Source: Patescibacteria group bacterium (GTDB lineage: Bacteria > Patescibacteriota > UBA1384 > UBA12157 > JAENIV01). Taken from it: DNA of 64,000 nt. Shown piece by piece: positions 60,070-64,000 of this stretch. Made by a program: the position numbers and the translations under genes. Numbering within the stretch: position 1 is the first letter of the stretch; each line of letters begins with the position of its first letter. The stretch covers positions 105 to 64,104 of the forward strand of contig JBAYHL010000004.1 in assembly GCA_041666185.1 (NCBI GenBank). The letters are read 5' to 3'. The notes beneath the pieces were generated by a model. The model was not told the origin of the DNA and searched no databases. It saw only the letters and a list, made by a program, of their open reading frames with translations.

Positions 60070-60873
60070 ATGAAAAAGTACGCGAACCGACCAGCTTTAA
60101 GAGCGGTTGATGTTTGTCGCTGGGTTGGTAAGGAAATTTTTGAAATTAAAAGAATTAAAGACACGACAATCTTTTATTCAACTTGCGGCAAAACAGTTAG
60201 ACAAACCTGGGTTAGAAAAACCCGTCGCGGTGAAATTAAGAAATTGTCAGCTCTTACCTATCTTCGCAAAGGAATCTTTCTAACACCAGTTTGGCAAATT
60301 GTTCCTGATTGGGAAATTAAATATCTGCAAGAAAAACAGATCAATCCGAGAGATATTGGCATTATTTTTTTCAAAAGAAGAGGTTATGTCCGTCTTGCTT
60401 TTCGACAAGTGGAAGATTTGGACCACGCTATTCGCCAGCAGGATCATATTATTGATAACTACTTAAGTCTTGATTTTCTTAAAGTCCAGCTTCCTGAACT
60501 TATAGACATTTTGATTTCTCACGCGCAAATCATCCACAAGACAACTCTTAACAAAGTTGGTGTAGAAAGTTCGCAAGTTATTCTCAAAAATCTTTTGCTT
60601 TCTTATCAAAGAAGCTTGCGATCTATTTTAGAAAACGCGCCAACGTTTAGAAATAATAACACCCCAAAAAACACAGAAATTCTTTCAAATGTCTTGGCAA
60701 AAATCGTCAAGGAATGTCGCAACCACAAGTTCAGGCCTGTTGGCCGAAGACTAGAACACGCTGCTCGCTCACTAGAAAGAGCGGTTATTCATATTCAAAA
60801 CAACAGGTTAGCCCTTGCGCAAGCTCGAATAAAATCGGCTCTTAAAAACCTGGAATACCCAGAAGAAACTTAA
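60070..60873 (+). CDS. Hypothetical basic protein (~267 aa from the ATG at 60070), plus-strand insertion between gatC and ligA
   Basis: GGAGGTG RBS. Arg/Lys-rich N-terminal half, helical C-terminal half. No family recognised. Confidence 0.5.
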   Translation: MKKYANRPALRAVDVCRWVGKEIFEIKRIKDTTIFYSTCGKTVRQTWVRKTRRGEIKKLSALTYLRKGIFLTPVWQIVPDWEIKYLQEKQINPRDIGIIFFKRRGYVRLAFRQVEDLDHAIRQQDHIIDNYLSLDFLKVQLPELIDILISHAQIIHKTTLNKVGVESSQVILKNLLLSYQRSLRSILENAPTFRNNNTPKNTEILSNVLAKIVKECRNHKFRPVGRRLEHAARSLERAVIHIQNNRLALAQARIKSALKNLEYPEET

Positions 60874-60879
60874 ATATCC

Positions 60880-60906
60880 ACCCTGTCAGTTGACAGGGTT
60901 TTTTAA
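60880..60906 (+). terminator. Bidirectional rho-independent terminator (60070 ORF and ligA)
   Basis: ACCCUGUCAGUUGACAGGGU plus UUUUUU: the same stem (CCCUGUCA...GACAGGG) as the terminator at 45532. Confidence 0.6.
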
Positions 60907-62903
60907 TCTTTAATAGTTTCTAAAAACTCTTCTTCGGAAATTATTTTGACACCAAGTTTTTTAGCTTTCTCGTATTTTTCTCCAGGATCAGAGCCCGCAA
61001 CAACATAAGAAGTTTCTTTCGAAACAGATTCGGAAATGTTACCGCCCAAATCACGAATTTTTTGTTTAGCCTCATCACGCGTTAATGATTCTAGACCACC
61101 CGTAAAAACAAAAGTTTTATTATTTAATTTACTATTTGTTATATGTTGTTTATTATTAGCAATATCTACACCATGCTTTAGTAACCTTTCAATAAAATCC
61201 AGGTTATGTTTGTCTTGGAAAAAATCAAAAATACTTTTAGCAACAACATTGCCAATATCACGAATTAAATCAATTTCTTCAAGCGTAGCTTTTTGTAAAT
61301 TTTCAATTGACTCAAATTTATTAGCCAAATCATAAGCTGTCTCTTCTCCGACATTGTGAATACCTAAAGCATAAATAAAGCGAGGAAAAGTAATTTTTTT
61401 GTGAGACTCGATTGTTTCAATAATATTTTGAGCCGACTTTTCAGCAAATCTTTCTAATGGCTCTATATCACCTTTTTTAAGTTCAAATAAATCAGAAGCA
61501 TCTTTAATCAAACCTTCTTCGATAAATTTACTAATAATTTTCGGGCCTAATCCCACCATGTCAAAAGCTGTCCTGGAAACAAAATGTTCTAATGATCGAC
61601 GCTGAATAACAAAACATTTTTTATTGGTACACTTGTAAGCTGCTTTACCTTCTTCGCGCAAAACTTTACCACCGCACTTTGGACAAACTTTTGGGAATTT
61701 AAATTCTTTTTCTTTACCGGTTCTTAATTCCTTAATAACTTTCTCAACTTCTGGAATAACATCACCGGCCTTGTGAATAATAACCGTATCGCCAATACGA
61801 ATATCTTTTTTTCTAATTTCGTCCTCATTATGCAGTGTTGCTCTAGAAACCGTTGAGCCCGCAACCAAAACTGGTTCTAAAACCGCTACGGGAGTGAATA
61901 CTCCCGTACGACCAACTTGAACTCGGATATCCTGAACGACTGTTGTTGCCTGCTCCGGCGCAAATTTGTAAGCAATCATCCCTCGCGGCGCTTTGCCAAC
62001 AACGCCCAATTTTTCACGAATTTGATTATTATTTATCACCGCCACCAGACCATCAATTTGATAAGGTAATTTTTCTCTCAGTCTTTCAACTTTAACTTTA
62101 AGCTTTTCAATTTCGTCTAAACTTTTACAATATTGATTTTGAGAAAGAGTTTTAAAACCAAGCTCTTTTATAATTTCGTGAGACTTTTGATGATTTTCTG
62201 TCTTAGTCCCCAACAAATCCCAAGCAACAAAAGAAAGTTTGCGTGAAGCAGAAATTTTTGGATCAAGTTGACGAATAGAACCAGCGGCAGCATTCCTCGG
62301 ATTAGCTAATAATGATTTACCTTCTTTCTTATATTGCTGATTTAACTTTTCAAAAACCTCGATTGGCATGTAAACCTCACCTCGGATTTCCATCCGAGGA
62401 ATTTTAAATTTTAAATTTTCAATTTTCAATTTTAAAGGAATTGACTCAATTGTTTTTAAATTTTCTGTAACATCTTCACCAATTTTACCATCACCACGAG
62501 TTGCTCCGCGAACAAAAAGACCATTTTCGTAAATTAAAGAGACTGCTAAGCCATCCATTTTTAATTCGCAAAAATACTCATATTTTTCATCAAGAATTTT
62601 TTGATTACGTTTTTGCCAATCTGCTAATTCTTCAAAAGAAAAAACATCCACCAAAGAAAGCATTGGTTGTAAATGGCTTATTTTTTTAAATTTATCCAAG
62701 GCTTTACCGCCAACTCTTTGCGTTGGTGAATCTGGCGTAATAAATTTAGGAAATTTATCCTCTAAACTTGCGAGTTCATGCTTTAAAGAATCATTTACGG
62801 CATCGGAAACTAGAGATTTGTCCAAAACATGGTAAGAGTAACGATATTTTTCAATTAGATCTTTTAGCTTTTCTATTCGATTTTTGGCTTCTTTTTCTGT
62901 CAT
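60903..62903 (-). CDS. ligA: NAD-dependent DNA ligase
   Basis: 666 aa with adenylation KMDG (CELKMDGLAV), an OB fold, a 4-Cys Zn finger (CPKCGG...C), HhH repeats and a C-terminal BRCT domain. Confidence 0.95.
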   Translation of the reverse strand: MTEKEAKNRIEKLKDLIEKYRYSYHVLDKSLVSDAVNDSLKHELASLEDKFPKFITPDSPTQRVGGKALDKFKKISHLQPMLSLVDVFSFEELADWQKRNQKILDEKYEYFCELKMDGLAVSLIYENGLFVRGATRGDGKIGEDVTENLKTIESIPLKLKIENLKFKIPRMEIRGEVYMPIEVFEKLNQQYKKEGKSLLANPRNAAAGSIRQLDPKISASRKLSFVAWDLLGTKTENHQKSHEIIKELGFKTLSQNQYCKSLDEIEKLKVKVERLREKLPYQIDGLVAVINNNQIREKLGVVGKAPRGMIAYKFAPEQATTVVQDIRVQVGRTGVFTPVAVLEPVLVAGSTVSRATLHNEDEIRKKDIRIGDTVIIHKAGDVIPEVEKVIKELRTGKEKEFKFPKVCPKCGGKVLREEGKAAYKCTNKKCFVIQRRSLEHFVSRTAFDMVGLGPKIISKFIEEGLIKDASDLFELKKGDIEPLERFAEKSAQNIIETIESHKKITFPRFIYALGIHNVGEETAYDLANKFESIENLQKATLEEIDLIRDIGNVVAKSIFDFFQDKHNLDFIERLLKHGVDIANNKQHITNSKLNNKTFVFTGGLESLTRDEAKQKIRDLGGNISESVSKETSYVVAGSDPGEKYEKAKKLGVKIISEEEFLETIKD

Positions 62904-63018
62904 TTTTATTTCCTCTAGATCTAATTTTACTCCTTAAAATTGTTCGACGCAATAACAAAAACCGCCCTTTTCCTTAGACAGTTTTTGAAAATATCCTTAG
63001 AAATGTTGGTTAAAATTA

Positions 63019-63744
63019 TTACCAATAATAGGCTCTGCCGCTAGAAGTTAGAGAGACAACATTTTGCCAAAAATGATAATGAGCATCAGTGCATCGCCAG
63101 TCTAATATGTCACGAAGGGAAGCTGAAGCTTCGCACTTGGTGCCACTACCTGCACCCGTACCACCTGTATTAATCGTCTCCATTATGCCATAGCCTCTTA
63201 TTTTATAATCGGTTCCGTCACTTTTGTACACAATACACTGATCACCTTTCAATGAAAACTTCGGATCATTGGGCAAAGATTGCATAAACTCTTTTGTCAA
63301 ACCGGGTATCCAGCTAGAATAACCATCTGCGCTACTATCTTGCGAATCGTAAAAACCCCAGTCCGAACATGCCCCACAATAACCATCTTGGCAAAAATGT
63401 AAATTAGTTCCACTTGGCACCGCTGAATTATAGTGAGGACTCGGATTGGCTGGCCGACAATATACCGGCGCATTACCAATCCCCCAAACACTACCACCAC
63501 AATCAATAAATCCAGTAACAGCTGTTTTAGAAACTGTCATTGGATATGTTCCGTACTTTTCGTTGTACTGTTCCAAAGCACCTTGAATAGTTTTCATATT
63601 AGCCACCCTTTTGGCGTCGCGAGCAGATGCTCGAGCACCGCTGACATTGACAATCACCAAGGAAGCCAAAACAGCAATGATAAAAACTACTACTAAAAGT
63701 TCTATTAAAGTAAAGCCTTTTAATCGTGATAAATTTTTTTTCAT
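63019..63744 (-). CDS. Type IV pilin-like protein (Cys-rich C-terminal domain)
   Basis: MKKNLSRLKG|FTLIELLVVVFIIAVLASLV class III signal, the likely start (the ORF is open from 63792). The C-terminus ends ...GRAYYW. Confidence 0.75.
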   Translation of the reverse strand: MKKNLSRLKGFTLIELLVVVFIIAVLASLVIVNVSGARASARDAKRVANMKTIQGALEQYNEKYGTYPMTVSKTAVTGFIDCGGSVWGIGNAPVYCRPANPSPHYNSAVPSGTNLHFCQDGYCGACSDWGFYDSQDSSADGYSSWIPGLTKEFMQSLPNDPKFSLKGDQCIVYKSDGTDYKIRGYGIMETINTGGTGAGSGTKCEASASLRDILDWRCTDAHYHFWQNVVSLTSSGRAYYW

Positions 63745-63783
63745 TCGTATCTCCTCTTTAATAAATTTATTTTTTATTTGATA

Positions 63784-64000
63784 AATTACCAACTAACAGT
63801 ATTAACGGTAATCGAAGCCTCTTCATAACCTGGTCTATCCATCTCTTGCATTGAAGTAGGATTACAATCGTCTCCAGGATCAGCGGTAGTATCTGCATCA
63901 GTTCCATCACAAACCGTTTCCATTGTGTGATAAGCAAGTAGACCATAATTATTGCCATCACTTCTGTATATATAGCACCCATAAGTGCTAACTTCTTTCG
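63784..64000 (-). CDS. C-terminal fragment of a second, paralogous pilin-like protein (gene continues beyond the window end)
   Basis: The minus-strand frame ends ...METVCDGTDADTTADPGDDCNPTSMQEMDRPGYEEASITVNTVSW*. The preceding pilin's C-terminus is similar (METINTGGTG..., ending W). Confidence 0.4.

Noticed and set aside
59979-60164. 61-aa minus-strand ORF overlapping the start of the 60070 plus-strand gene
   Set aside because: It has no RBS, lies within a promoter/5' region, and overlaps a better-supported gene. It is likely spurious.

Overview
This is a 64 kb AT-rich fragment (roughly 35-37% GC by eye) with about 90% of genes on the minus strand, streamlined in the style of the Candidate Phyla Radiation (CPR/Patescibacteria). 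That style is an inference from the short 16S, several shortened core proteins, multiple type IV pilins and a lamin-tail-domain fusion. It carries housekeeping genes for DNA repair (recO, mutM, uvrC, uvrA, uvrB, ligA), translation (proS, gatCAB, frr, tsf, rpsB, rpmE, prfA, tig), cell-wall sugar supply (glmS, a GlmU-like nucleotidyltransferase, gmd plus a reductase), and a glycolytic cluster (tpiA, fba, pfkB-type kinase, gap, pgk) that also holds a HydA-like [FeFe]-hydrogenase. The most unusual structure is a disrupted rRNA operon, all on the minus strand. The 16S gene (25.2-26.6 kb) is followed by tRNA-Ile and tRNA-Ala in the usual spacer order, but protein genes are intercalated among them. 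A further 8.3 kb block of regulatory and surface-associated genes then separates them from 23S-5S (11.6-14.8 kb). That block holds a 1111-aa PAS/GAF sensor kinase, a stand-alone receiver, a bacterial C-type lectin, a NUDIX hydrolase and a type IV pilin fused to a lamin-tail domain. Immediately downstream of 5S, on the same strand, is a cell-wall-anchored giant 1801-aa protein (Asp-box, beta-helix repeats, FN3-like and peptidoglycan-binding domains). Other notable points are a 13-bp duplicate of the tRNA-Ala 3' end bounding a GC-rich 0.67 kb islet, several plus-strand GC-elevated cassettes with near-identical terminators inserted into conserved minus-strand operons, an unannotated 52-aa hyper-acidic ORF, a tRNA-like gene with an unfoldable anticodon arm, and a GC-rich intergenic block that may be a structured RNA. 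No CRISPR array, integrase or transposase was seen.
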